A stretch of 64,000 nt of DNA from Candidatus Dojkabacteria bacterium. GTDB lineage: Bacteria > Patescibacteriota > Dojkabacteria > JAOAGR01. Made by a program: the position numbers and the translations under genes. Below are positions 19,383 through 29,058 of the stretch, one piece after another. The stretch lies in contig AP026679.1 of assembly GCA_025999155.1 (NCBI GenBank), positions 163,996 through 227,995 on the forward strand, given 5' to 3'. Below the pieces are notes generated by a model. The model was not told the origin of the DNA. It saw nothing but the letters and a program-made list of their open reading frames with translations, and did no database searches. Position 1 is the first letter of the stretch, and each line of letters starts with the position of its first letter.

Positions 19383-19955
19383 TTGGAACCAAAACGGAGA
19401 ATTTTAAAAATTTTCAATTTTCTACCTGTATTTCTATATTCTGTTCTATTTGCGTCTTTCGTGGTTAACGATTTATCTCACGATGATGTCAAAGGAGATT
19501 TTTCAGATATTAAAAGTTATAAAGTGACAAATTTCGAATTTGTTGAGCACAATGGGCCAATATTAACTAATATTCACGAACCTATAAAACCTCGTGATCA
19601 AAGGGCAATATTACTTCAAAATTATTTACAAAAACAAAGTTCGTACCTTGCAGATTATACGGATTTAATCATCGAACTTAGCGACTTTTATAATATTGAT
19701 TATAAAATAGTAGTGGCAATAGCGGGTGTTGAATCGGGATTTTGTAGAATCAACTTCAGACCTTATAATTGTTGGGGGTTCGGAGATTATGCATGGGATA
19801 GCCCAGAAACATCAATCAGAGAATATTTTAGACTGTTATATAAAAATTACTATCAAAAAAACCTGGATACCTTGGAAGAAATAGCTGCGATGTACAATCC
19901 CTACCCAGATCAATACATAAAAAAAGTCAATTATTTTCTTAATCAGGTACCATAA
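19383..19955 (+). CDS. putative GH73-like glucosaminidase (peptidoglycan hydrolase)
   Basis: 190 aa with an N-terminal TM or signal segment. The VAIAGVESGFC...WGFG stretch resembles the GH73/glucosaminidase catalytic region AQAxLESGWG. Lies directly upstream of dacA. Confidence 0.4.
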   Translation: MEPKRRILKIFNFLPVFLYSVLFASFVVNDLSHDDVKGDFSDIKSYKVTNFEFVEHNGPILTNIHEPIKPRDQRAILLQNYLQKQSSYLADYTDLIIELSDFYNIDYKIVVAIAGVESGFCRINFRPYNCWGFGDYAWDSPETSIREYFRLLYKNYYQKNLDTLEEIAAMYNPYPDQYIKKVNYFLNQVP

Positions 19956-20017
19956 TTAGAGACAATGAAATTATAGTATTCTACTAGTCATACTAGCTGT
20001 TTGTTATTATAGTCACG

Positions 20018-21022
20018 ATGCCTCTGACAGATAGCCCAAAAGCAGATAGTCTAAAAATTATAACTGGCTCATATAGTTCTTTTAGTAAAGGAAATACCAC
20101 TAGTAAACTCACAAATGTACACATGGTTTATATCTTTTTTGGATCTTTGATTATTTCTCTATTTGTTATTTTTATATTTAATTTCATTTTTAACTCACTT
20201 GACAATCAAAAGCAGACAATTGTGAATAAAAAGTCAGCCTCTGTAGAGTTATTAGACTTGAGGAATTTCAACACATTTTATGTTTTGGAAAAAGCTAAAG
20301 CAACCTTTCCAATAATTAACGATTATGAAGCCCAAGCCATAGCTGTTTTAGATGTATACTCAAACAGAATTATTTATGAAAAAAATGCAGAAAAAAGAAT
20401 GCCGATAGCAAGCATCACTAAAATGGTCACAACAAAAATCTTATATGATACAGTAAACCTCAATGGGATAACTACTATAACAAATCAGGCCGCTCAATAC
20501 GATGGAAGCTCGCTTGTACTCAGAAGCGGCGAAAAATTCTCAAATAGAGATCTAATCAAAGCTGCCATCATACCTAGTAACAACCAGGGGCTATATGCTA
20601 TTCAAGATCCTGAAAAAACAGTAAGACAAGCGAACGAATATATTCAAGCTTTAAGATTGCGAGATACGTATATAAGTAACCCTGCAGGATTTGACGACAA
20701 TGGACGTAATTACTCAACAGCAAGAGATGTGTTGCACATTGCAAAAGTTTTCTTCAATAATCAAGAACTAAGAGATTATGCACGCATAGAAAGATCAGAA
20801 ATAAGGGAACTAACAACAAACCGTGAAATTCCCATTTATAACACTAATGACTTTTTAAGAATCAAATATACGCCGGTTCTCGCAGGAAAAACTGGTACAA
20901 CCGAAAAAGCTGGGCAAAATTTATGCATTCTCGTAGAAAAAAACAATAAACGCTACATTATTGTCATACTAGGCTCAACCAACAGATATAGTGACGCAAT
21001 TAAAATTATCGATAGATTGTAA
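20018..21022 (+). CDS. dacA: D-alanyl-D-alanine carboxypeptidase (S11 penicillin-binding protein)
   Basis: 334 aa. N-terminal TM, SxxK active-site motif ASITKMVT, SxN motif (IPSNNQG) and KTG motif (AGKTGTT). Confidence 0.7.
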   Translation: MPLTDSPKADSLKIITGSYSSFSKGNTTSKLTNVHMVYIFFGSLIISLFVIFIFNFIFNSLDNQKQTIVNKKSASVELLDLRNFNTFYVLEKAKATFPIINDYEAQAIAVLDVYSNRIIYEKNAEKRMPIASITKMVTTKILYDTVNLNGITTITNQAAQYDGSSLVLRSGEKFSNRDLIKAAIIPSNNQGLYAIQDPEKTVRQANEYIQALRLRDTYISNPAGFDDNGRNYSTARDVLHIAKVFFNNQELRDYARIERSEIRELTTNREIPIYNTNDFLRIKYTPVLAGKTGTTEKAGQNLCILVEKNNKRYIIVILGSTNRYSDAIKIIDRL

Positions 21023-21104
21023 AAAACTACACAACTTAAAAGATAAATTATTCTCCGTTGTAAACTATTGATTTTATTGTAAAAATCTCTTAACTAAATT
21101 TATC

Positions 21105-22577
21105 ATGATACCAAACTACATACACGATATAGCAGATAAAATTGTCAAAGCAGGATTCGAGGTATATATGGTTGGAGGCAGCTTAAGAAACTTACTGATG
21201 GGACAAAAACCTAAAGATTTTGATTTGACTACAAGTGCACTACCTGAGGAAATTCAACACATCTTCCCAGAAAGCATAATGACAAATGCAAAATTTGGTA
21301 CAGTGACTATCTTAGCTCATAATGAATTTGGAGAATTACAAAGTGTTGAAATCACAACATATCGAGAAGAAAAAGAATACATCAAGGGGAGATGGCCAGC
21401 AATAGTTGAATTCACACGAAATATTTATGATGACTTACAAAGAAGAGATTACACGGTAAACGCGATAGCTTTCAAATTAGGCAACCCGGAAAGCCGCAGC
21501 ATCAAGAATATAGAAAACATTAAGAATTCAAAATTGTTACTTGATTTATTTGGTGGCCTTGCCGACATAGAAAGGAAAGTTCTTAGATCGGTAGGTGATC
21601 CAGTTGAAAGATTTACAGAAGATGGATTACGTCCTCTTCGAGGTTGTAGAATAGCTTCTGTATATGGATTTGAATTTGATAATGCTACTTTCAATGCAAT
21701 TCCCCAAACCTTGAATGTAGCAGCACAAATCAGTATGGAAAGAGTACGTAACGAGTTTATGAGAATGATTAAAGAATCACCGAAACCATCTGTTGGAATA
21801 GAATTAATGCGTAAGTCTGGGCTTTTACAACTATATATACCTGAACTTCTCGAAGGCTATGGAATGGAACAAAATCGTTATCACATATACGATGTGTACG
21901 AACATTCGCTGAGAGCTTTAGATATAGCACCTGTAGAAATAAGACTAGCAGCATTATTTCACGATATAGGTAAACCACGTTGTAAAAACGGAGAACATTT
22001 TTATGGACACGACAAGGTAGGTGCAGAAATGACACGTAAAATCATGGAAAGATTAAAGTTTCCCAAACAAGAAATTGACGAAACTGTAAATCTTGTCAGA
22101 TGGCACATGTTCTACGTTCCAAAAACAATAGTTGAAGAAGAAGCAAAAATAAACGAAGATGTAGCTTACAGAATCCAGACACAAGAACGCAATGCACTAT
22201 TTAAACTCGGATGGTCAGATAAAGCCATACGTAGATTGATACTCAGAGTGGGAGGGCATGAACAAATAGACAAACTCATCAAACTACGCATAGCAGATGC
22301 TCTCGCCAATCCGAAATCATCATTTGACCCTACGGATATAGAATTGTTAGCACAGAGGGTTGCAGAAATTAGGGAACAAGACAGTTTAATGTCAATCACA
22401 GATCTTAAAATAAAAGGAGATGATATTATCGAATTAGGTATAAAACCAGGCCCATCGATAAAAAAAGTACTAGAGTATTTATTAGAACGTGTGATAGACG
22501 ATATACAACTTAATAACCGAGAAAGCTTACTACAACTAGCAAAAGAATATATTCAAAACATGAAAATCAATAACTGA
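21105..22577 (+). CDS. cca: CCA-adding tRNA nucleotidyltransferase with an HD domain
   Basis: 490 aa. Pol-beta-type head GGSLRNLLMGQKPKDFDLTT, RRDxTxNA motif and HD domain (LFHDIGKP). Confidence 0.75.
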   Translation: MIPNYIHDIADKIVKAGFEVYMVGGSLRNLLMGQKPKDFDLTTSALPEEIQHIFPESIMTNAKFGTVTILAHNEFGELQSVEITTYREEKEYIKGRWPAIVEFTRNIYDDLQRRDYTVNAIAFKLGNPESRSIKNIENIKNSKLLLDLFGGLADIERKVLRSVGDPVERFTEDGLRPLRGCRIASVYGFEFDNATFNAIPQTLNVAAQISMERVRNEFMRMIKESPKPSVGIELMRKSGLLQLYIPELLEGYGMEQNRYHIYDVYEHSLRALDIAPVEIRLAALFHDIGKPRCKNGEHFYGHDKVGAEMTRKIMERLKFPKQEIDETVNLVRWHMFYVPKTIVEEEAKINEDVAYRIQTQERNALFKLGWSDKAIRRLILRVGGHEQIDKLIKLRIADALANPKSSFDPTDIELLAQRVAEIREQDSLMSITDLKIKGDDIIELGIKPGPSIKKVLEYLLERVIDDIQLNNRESLLQLAKEYIQNMKINN

Positions 22578-22638
22578 TGTAACAAAAATCCTAATTTCTA
22601 TACAAAATCTTGCTTTATTAATAAAATACCACAGTACT

Positions 22639-23643
22639 ATGAAAAAAAGAGTTTTAACAGGAGATCGGCCTACAGGCAAATTACACATAGGGCATTTAAA
22701 AGGATCCCTGCTAAACCGGGTAAAACTACAGGACGAATATGAACAGTTTATACTCATTGCTAATATCCAAGGTCTGACAGACAATTACAACAATCCTGAT
22801 AAGATAAGAAATTCGATAGAAGAATTGCTATGTGACTATTATGCAGTTGGTATAGATTTCGATAAATCCACTGTATACATACAAAGCGAAGCTCCAGAAG
22901 TACATGAAATTTTTATTTACTTATCAAACTTTGTATCTATACAAAAAATTCTGCATAATCCGACATTAAAAACAGAAATCGAACAAAAAAATTTCGAGAA
23001 ATCAACACCTTTAGGTTTTTTTATCTATCCTATACACCAAGCCGCAGATATTTTATTAGTTAATGCTGATTTAGTACCTGTAGGAAGAGATCAAGCCCCA
23101 ATGATAGAAGATTGTCGCGAAATTGCACGAAAATTCAACCAAACTTATGGTAAAAAGATATTAAATGAACCACAACCATTATTCGGAGTCACTGTCAATG
23201 TACCCGGTATTGATGGAAACGCAAAAATGGGAAAATCACTGAACAATGCAATTTATTTGGCAGATAGTGAAAAAGAATTACGAGAAAAAGTGTTTAGAAT
23301 CAAAACAGACCCTAATCGAATACATGCTACAGATCCCGGCACAGTAGAAGGCAATGTAGTGTTTATATACCATGATTTATTCAATCCTAATCTAGATGAA
23401 GTTAATGACCTAAAAGAACGATATAAAAAAGGTAAAGTAGGGGATGTAGAAGTAAAACAAAAACTATTTGAAGCCATGAATAATGTTCTAACCCCCATAA
23501 GAGAACGTAGGCAAGAAGCAGAAAAAATCAAAAAACAATTATTAGAAAGAGCAATAGAAGGAAGTCGTAAAGTCAGTAAAATAGGTAGAGAAATAGCAGA
23601 TCAAATGAAAGAAGTAATGCAAATGAAATTCTCAAGAATCTAG
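22639..23643 (+). CDS. trpS: tryptophan--tRNA ligase
   Basis: 334 aa. HIGH-type motif TGKLHIGHL, KMSKS-type motif KMGKS and the class I TrpRS fold. Confidence 0.9.
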   Translation: MKKRVLTGDRPTGKLHIGHLKGSLLNRVKLQDEYEQFILIANIQGLTDNYNNPDKIRNSIEELLCDYYAVGIDFDKSTVYIQSEAPEVHEIFIYLSNFVSIQKILHNPTLKTEIEQKNFEKSTPLGFFIYPIHQAADILLVNADLVPVGRDQAPMIEDCREIARKFNQTYGKKILNEPQPLFGVTVNVPGIDGNAKMGKSLNNAIYLADSEKELREKVFRIKTDPNRIHATDPGTVEGNVVFIYHDLFNPNLDEVNDLKERYKKGKVGDVEVKQKLFEAMNNVLTPIRERRQEAEKIKKQLLERAIEGSRKVSKIGREIADQMKEVMQMKFSRI

Positions 23644-23695
23644 TGGTATATTTTCCTTTAAAGATTTAATTTTGATTATGATCTAAATTATTGAC

Positions 23696-24919
23696 ATGTT
23701 TAAAATTCTTGAAAAAAGAGGTGATCGTCGCTATGGTATATTGAGTACGTTACACGGGGATATTTATACGCCTGCCTTTGGACCGGACGCTACTAGAGGT
23801 CTAATAAAAAATCTAGCACCTCATGAAATTTTAGATTTATCAGGCCGATACCCTCCTATCGAAATATTGAGGTTACTAGCTAGTCATGATACAAATCACG
23901 ATATTTTTAATAATAAACTAAGAAAACAATATAACGAAATTCAATTTATCCTCTCCAACACTTATCATTTAATGTCATATCCTGGATATGAATTTATCAA
24001 AGAGAGTGGAGGATTACATACTTTTATAAACTGGCCTTTGCCAATTCTGACTGACAGCGGTGGATTTCAAGTGTTTTCTTTAATCCACAAAGCTCAAAAT
24101 CTCAAGGGAAAAGTCACTGACAATGGTGCTATATTTCAAAACCCTATCACAGGACAAAAATTAGAGCTCACACCAGAATCAGCAATTGATATACAGTTCA
24201 ATCTAGGATCAGACATAATGGTGGTTCTTGATGACTGTAGACATTATCAAGATCACAAAGAACTAAAAAGGTCAGTATACCGCACTATCGAATGGGCAAA
24301 AAGATGTAAAATCCGGTTTGAACAGAGACTTAAAGAAAAATTTAATAAATTGAACACACATTCTAACTCACAGCCTCATTCGGATGCCTCAAATAACGAA
24401 AGATCTCACAGAATCGACCGGCCTTTACTTTTTGCCGTAGTCCAAGGAGGTATAGATTATTCATTACGTGAGTACTGCGTACAAGAACTTACCAAGATTG
24501 GTTTTGACGGATATGGTTTTGGAGGATGGGCAATTAATGAAAAAGAATATTTTCCTTATGATTTGCTCAAATTTGTAGCTGAACGTCTCCCAGAAGACAA
24601 GCCACGCTATGCCATGGGAGTTGGTACTCCAACGAATATCATTCAATGCCTTGATTTTGGATATGACCTTTTTGACTGTGTCATACCTTCACGTAACGCA
24701 AGACACGGACTAGCATACACTACACAAGGAGAAGTTCGCATACAGAATGCTAAATACAAAAAAGATAAATCACCCCTGGATCCCAATTTACCATCTATAG
24801 CATCAAAATATACAAAAGAATATATTCATCACCTGTTTAAAATACAAGATTCACTCGGAGGCGAATTACTGACGATTCAAAACCTAAAATATTTCAACTA
24901 CATTCTAAATAATTTATAA
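23696..24919 (+). CDS. tgt: queuine tRNA-ribosyltransferase
   Basis: 407 aa. LTDSGGFQVFSL substrate pocket, catalytic D in DCVIPSRNARHG and a C-terminal YIHHL. The zinc-ligand cysteines of canonical Tgt are replaced (DPNLPSIAS), and there is an insertion of about 45 aa. Confidence 0.85.
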   Translation: MFKILEKRGDRRYGILSTLHGDIYTPAFGPDATRGLIKNLAPHEILDLSGRYPPIEILRLLASHDTNHDIFNNKLRKQYNEIQFILSNTYHLMSYPGYEFIKESGGLHTFINWPLPILTDSGGFQVFSLIHKAQNLKGKVTDNGAIFQNPITGQKLELTPESAIDIQFNLGSDIMVVLDDCRHYQDHKELKRSVYRTIEWAKRCKIRFEQRLKEKFNKLNTHSNSQPHSDASNNERSHRIDRPLLFAVVQGGIDYSLREYCVQELTKIGFDGYGFGGWAINEKEYFPYDLLKFVAERLPEDKPRYAMGVGTPTNIIQCLDFGYDLFDCVIPSRNARHGLAYTTQGEVRIQNAKYKKDKSPLDPNLPSIASKYTKEYIHHLFKIQDSLGGELLTIQNLKYFNYILNNL

Positions 24920-25610
24920 ATTGGTCTGCATATGAAAACAAACACATATACAACCGTAGAAAAAATCTAAACGAAAAAATTTTGATTCAAATGGCTTTAC
25001 TATAATCACGAATTTGATACTTTCTTGATTATGACGCACTAATTTATGTTTCAGCTTATTCTAACTCTTCTATGCTTGACAAATTGATCTACAATGAAGG
25101 ACTTTCACGTAATTGGGAGCAATACCCGCGATTTTAGGATTTTCTAAGACTGATTTCATCTTTATCGTATCTGAATATCTGAACCGAATAACCTGAGGAT
25201 AGCGAAGGTTTAAAAGCTTTAAAATATCTCAAAGAACAGGGTACAAGAAGGAACTAACATATTTTCTATCGATTTTATCGACATCGTCGTCGCTTCGGAT
25301 ATATGGTACCTTAAATTACTTTCTAGCATACAGTCATTATTTGTATACTTGCTACGTATATAGAAATTAATCTTAATTTTTAGCTATCCCAAAAAGATAA
25401 TTCTTAAATGATGATTCTGATTCAAAAGACTCCATTCTTGCTATCGTCGATCAAAAAAACTTTAGATATCATTTCTTGCGCATAATAAAAATCACCAATG
25501 CGTGAATACACATAATAAAAAATTTCATAGTAGAGATTACTGCGTACGCATAAAATAGAACACAATCGTAAATCCTTTTCTGTACCTCGACCATATAGTA
25601 TATTGGACAT

Positions 25611-27941
25611 GTGAAAATCAACATAACGGACAATTTAAATTCTCACCAAGCCCAGGCTGTTTTACACGAAGGGTCACCTTTACTAATTTTAGCTGGTGCA
25701 GGATCTGGGAAAACGAAAGTACTAACTCACAGAATTACACATTTTGTGGTTAATAAACAAATCCAGTCACAAAGAATACTTGGTGTGACATTCACGAACA
25801 AAGCTGCCAATGAGATGAAAGAAAGAATTATCAAAGTAGCAGGTGGTGGTTTTGAATTTCCATTCTTAGGGACCTTTCATAGTATATGTGTAAGAATTTT
25901 AAGAGCTGATGGTAGATATGTTGGTATCGAACCAAGTTTTACAATTTACGACTCTGAAGATCAAAAAGATCTAATAAAACAGATTCTCAAAGATCTAAAT
26001 ATAGATCCAAAAGAACTTAATCCTAACGCAATACATTGGGCTATTGCTAACGCCAAAAACAACATTATTGACTACCGAACATATAGACATTTAGTTAGTG
26101 ATTATTTTACCGAAAGAGTTGCTGAAATATATCCTCTATATCAGACATACTTAGCTGAACGAAACGCGGTAGACTTCGATGATCTTATACTGAAAACCAT
26201 AGAGTTATTTGAACAAAATAAGCAGGTAGCTGAAAAATATATTGATAAATTCGTGCATATTTTTGCAGATGAATATCAAGATACGAATAAGGCTCAGTAT
26301 AAATTAATCAAAATATTAGCTCAGCCTCAACAAAACATAACTGTTGTCGGAGATGAAGATCAATCTATATACGGCTGGAGAGGAGCGGATATTCAGAATA
26401 TTTTATCTTTTGAAGCAGATTTCAAAAACTCGACAATTATCAAGTTAGAACAAAATTACCGATCCACACAAATCATTCTGGATGCAGCTTATGCTGTTAT
26501 TAATAAAAATACTCAAAGAAGAGATAAAAAATTATGGTCAGATAAAAAAATAGGTCCAAAGATCAGCATAGTTGAAACTCATAATGAAATAGGTGAGTCA
26601 AAATTTATAGTTCAACAGATCCAGTTGTTAAATCAGAAGTATAAAGTTCCGTACAATGCAATAGCGGTATTATACAGAGCTAATGCGCAAAGTCGTAATA
26701 TCGAAGAGCAAATGATTCGACACAAGATACCCTATAAGTTAGTGGGGGGCATGCGGTTCTATGAGCGAAAAGAGATCAAAGACGTGCTGTCGTACCTAAG
26801 AGTTATCTACAATAGTTCAGACACTTTATCCCTACAAAGAGTTATCAATAACCCTACGAGAGGCATTGGACCAAAAACAATCTCAGATATAATTGATATC
26901 TCGAAAGCTCTAAAAATACCGATTGTCGATTTTATACAAAATCTGGTCCTTGTAGACAACTTCAAAAATGAATTAAACGAATACAACAATAATAAAAGAG
27001 GATATAATAATTCAGATGCGACGAAAAACAATATATTCACAGTACAAGAATTTAAAATAGATGAGTTTTTTGAATCTTTAAACTTATTCATAGAAAAAGT
27101 CACAAATATTACAGAAGGGAGTAAATTACTTCAGAATAAAAATGTAATAGCTTTCGGTAGATTAATAAGTTATCTCAAAGATCACATAGAATCTTATGAT
27201 AAATTATCTGACTATATAAAATTTGTATTAGAAGAATCAGGTTATCTAGACTACGTAAATGATAAGACCACAGATGGTCAAAATAGAGTCGAAAATATAA
27301 AGGAACTCATCGGTATGACATCTAAATACGATCACTTAGATACAATTACAGCTCTAAGCAAGTTTCTGGAGGAAGTGAGCTTAATAGAAGATATTCAGGA
27401 AATGGCGAAAGATAAAACTAATCTTAATGCAGTCAACTTAATGACCTTACACGCTGCCAAAGGACTAGAATTTGACGCTGTATTTATACCTGGTATGGAA
27501 GAAGGTATATTTCCTCATTCGCGTTCCCTTGCAGATCCTCAAGAAATGGAAGAAGAACGTAGGCTAGCATACGTGGGGATCACACGTGCTAAACAGTATC
27601 TATATTTACTCTACACTCTTTCACGTACTTACTTTGGTAATACTCAAAGTAACAATATATCAAGATTTATCAGTGACATCCCAGCCGAACTAGTCGATTT
27701 CATTCCTGCCACTAATCCTTACGAGATATTGAATTCAAATCTAAGTAAATTTATGCAAGAAGATATAGAAGCTCAGCAACTTGACGACTATATCGATATA
27801 GGAGATAAAGTCTCACACCAAACCTTCGGAGAAGGTACAGTCATCGATATCGAAAACGACGTAATTACTGTGGATTTCATATCAAAAGGTAAAACGAAGT
27901 TAATTGCCCAATTTGCTAAATTGAAAAAAATTAAATCTTGA
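25611..27941 (+). CDS. pcrA: ATP-dependent DNA helicase PcrA/UvrD (superfamily 1)
   Basis: 776 aa. Walker A AGAGSGKTKVLTHRI, Walker B DEYQDTN, TLHAAKGLEFD and VGITRAK motifs. Confidence 0.85.
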   Translation: MKINITDNLNSHQAQAVLHEGSPLLILAGAGSGKTKVLTHRITHFVVNKQIQSQRILGVTFTNKAANEMKERIIKVAGGGFEFPFLGTFHSICVRILRADGRYVGIEPSFTIYDSEDQKDLIKQILKDLNIDPKELNPNAIHWAIANAKNNIIDYRTYRHLVSDYFTERVAEIYPLYQTYLAERNAVDFDDLILKTIELFEQNKQVAEKYIDKFVHIFADEYQDTNKAQYKLIKILAQPQQNITVVGDEDQSIYGWRGADIQNILSFEADFKNSTIIKLEQNYRSTQIILDAAYAVINKNTQRRDKKLWSDKKIGPKISIVETHNEIGESKFIVQQIQLLNQKYKVPYNAIAVLYRANAQSRNIEEQMIRHKIPYKLVGGMRFYERKEIKDVLSYLRVIYNSSDTLSLQRVINNPTRGIGPKTISDIIDISKALKIPIVDFIQNLVLVDNFKNELNEYNNNKRGYNNSDATKNNIFTVQEFKIDEFFESLNLFIEKVTNITEGSKLLQNKNVIAFGRLISYLKDHIESYDKLSDYIKFVLEESGYLDYVNDKTTDGQNRVENIKELIGMTSKYDHLDTITALSKFLEEVSLIEDIQEMAKDKTNLNAVNLMTLHAAKGLEFDAVFIPGMEEGIFPHSRSLADPQEMEEERRLAYVGITRAKQYLYLLYTLSRTYFGNTQSNNISRFISDIPAELVDFIPATNPYEILNSNLSKFMQEDIEAQQLDDYIDIGDKVSHQTFGEGTVIDIENDVITVDFISKGKTKLIAQFAKLKKIKS

Positions 27942-27952
27942 TTTGATGAATT

Positions 27953-27983
27953 TTACTGATCTGTTACTGATCTGTTACTGATC
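27953..27983. repeat. tandem repeat, 11-nt unit TTACTGATCTG in 2.8 copies
   Basis: A direct tandem read 12 nt after the pcrA stop codon, in the convergent intergenic region. Confidence 0.7.
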
Positions 27984-28032
27984 ATAAATCGTTAAAATAA
28001 ATATACCTATAATCTAAATAAGTGTAAACGTA

Positions 28033-29049
28033 TCACAGTTTCAGACCGACTCCCTTTCCTTTTACGACATAAATATAATCCTTTGAGAAACCAGCTTTTA
28101 CAAATTTTTTACGTAGGCGTGATATGAACTGGTCTATAGCGTCATTTGAAACATTTCCTGTCATGGATTTCCCCCATACTATTTCCACCAGTTCATCTCG
28201 GGAAATAAACTTTTTCTCTCTTAAAACATCATACAATTCTTGCTCCCTACGAGTTAAAAATGCGAACAGGTGATTGCCATCAAAATAGGTCTGATCAGAT
28301 TTAGAGTTTATAGTTGCTTCAACTTTTTTCGCAGAAGAATCTATATTGCTACTTAAAGACTCAGACAATGTTCCAACGTCCGAAATACTGTGAGTCGTAA
28401 CTCTTTGAAGATGACCAATACTAGCTAAATATTGATCTGTAAAACTTCGAAAAAACTCATCGAAATAAGCATAATCATCCATAAATTTCGCAAAAACCTT
28501 ATCCAGCAATTTTGCATCTAAACCCCATATAGCTAAAGTATTCAGAAAATAGTTCTTCAATAAATCTTGTGCAACTTGTATATAGACTCTACGTTCTAAA
28601 CTTTCAGTAATATCGAAGTTATTAGGTACATAAACGAAGTAAACTACACGTCCTGATAATAAATAAAAGTAAGAATACAAAAACCGTCTAGTTTCAACAG
28701 GTAAATTAGCTGAGAAATATAAAACTAACAATTTTTCTGTTTTTTCAAGATAATGCCGCAATTCAGTAATATTATTTAGTTTTCTCCCGACACTAGGATT
28801 TATGATATCCAAAATGATCTTATCAAATTCTTCGATGCGAATGTCATGAATGTGTAAATTGACAAAAATAAAGTTATCTTGTGCTTCTCCTAAATATTTA
28901 TATCGTACAGAATAGTTGTCAAAAAATTTAGATAAAACCATATCTACTTCAAGCTTGCTTATAGCTGTTAGCTCACAAGAGATACGATTTTTTAAACAAT
29001 CAGCTAGATATACAAAATATGCATCTAAGTTTTTCTCTACGTTTGTCAT
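28033..29049 (-). CDS. putative transcriptional regulator with a C-terminal OmpR/PhoB-type winged-helix DNA-binding domain and no receiver domain
   Basis: 338 aa. The last ~75 aa, LTRREQELYDVLREKKFISRDELVEIVWGKSMTGNVSNDAIDQFISRLRKKF...VVKGKGVGLKL, match the trans_reg_C pattern LTxxExxLLxxL...vsReeLxxxvWg...xxxrxvdvhIsrLRkKl...rGvGYxl. The N-terminal ~240 aa are unrecognised. Confidence 0.5.
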   Translation of the reverse strand: MTNVEKNLDAYFVYLADCLKNRISCELTAISKLEVDMVLSKFFDNYSVRYKYLGEAQDNFIFVNLHIHDIRIEEFDKIILDIINPSVGRKLNNITELRHYLEKTEKLLVLYFSANLPVETRRFLYSYFYLLSGRVVYFVYVPNNFDITESLERRVYIQVAQDLLKNYFLNTLAIWGLDAKLLDKVFAKFMDDYAYFDEFFRSFTDQYLASIGHLQRVTTHSISDVGTLSESLSSNIDSSAKKVEATINSKSDQTYFDGNHLFAFLTRREQELYDVLREKKFISRDELVEIVWGKSMTGNVSNDAIDQFISRLRKKFVKAGFSKDYIYVVKGKGVGLKL

Positions 29050-29058
29050 GCTGACAAC

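Noticed and set aside
25422-25610. 62-aa minus-strand ORF in the long leader upstream of pcrA.
   Set aside because: No motif and low complexity. It is more likely non-coding sequence. The region is flagged instead as a candidate ncRNA or leader.
27953-27983. Short tandem repeat checked as a possible CRISPR array.
   Set aside because: Only about 2.8 copies of an 11-nt unit with no spacers. No cas genes in the window.
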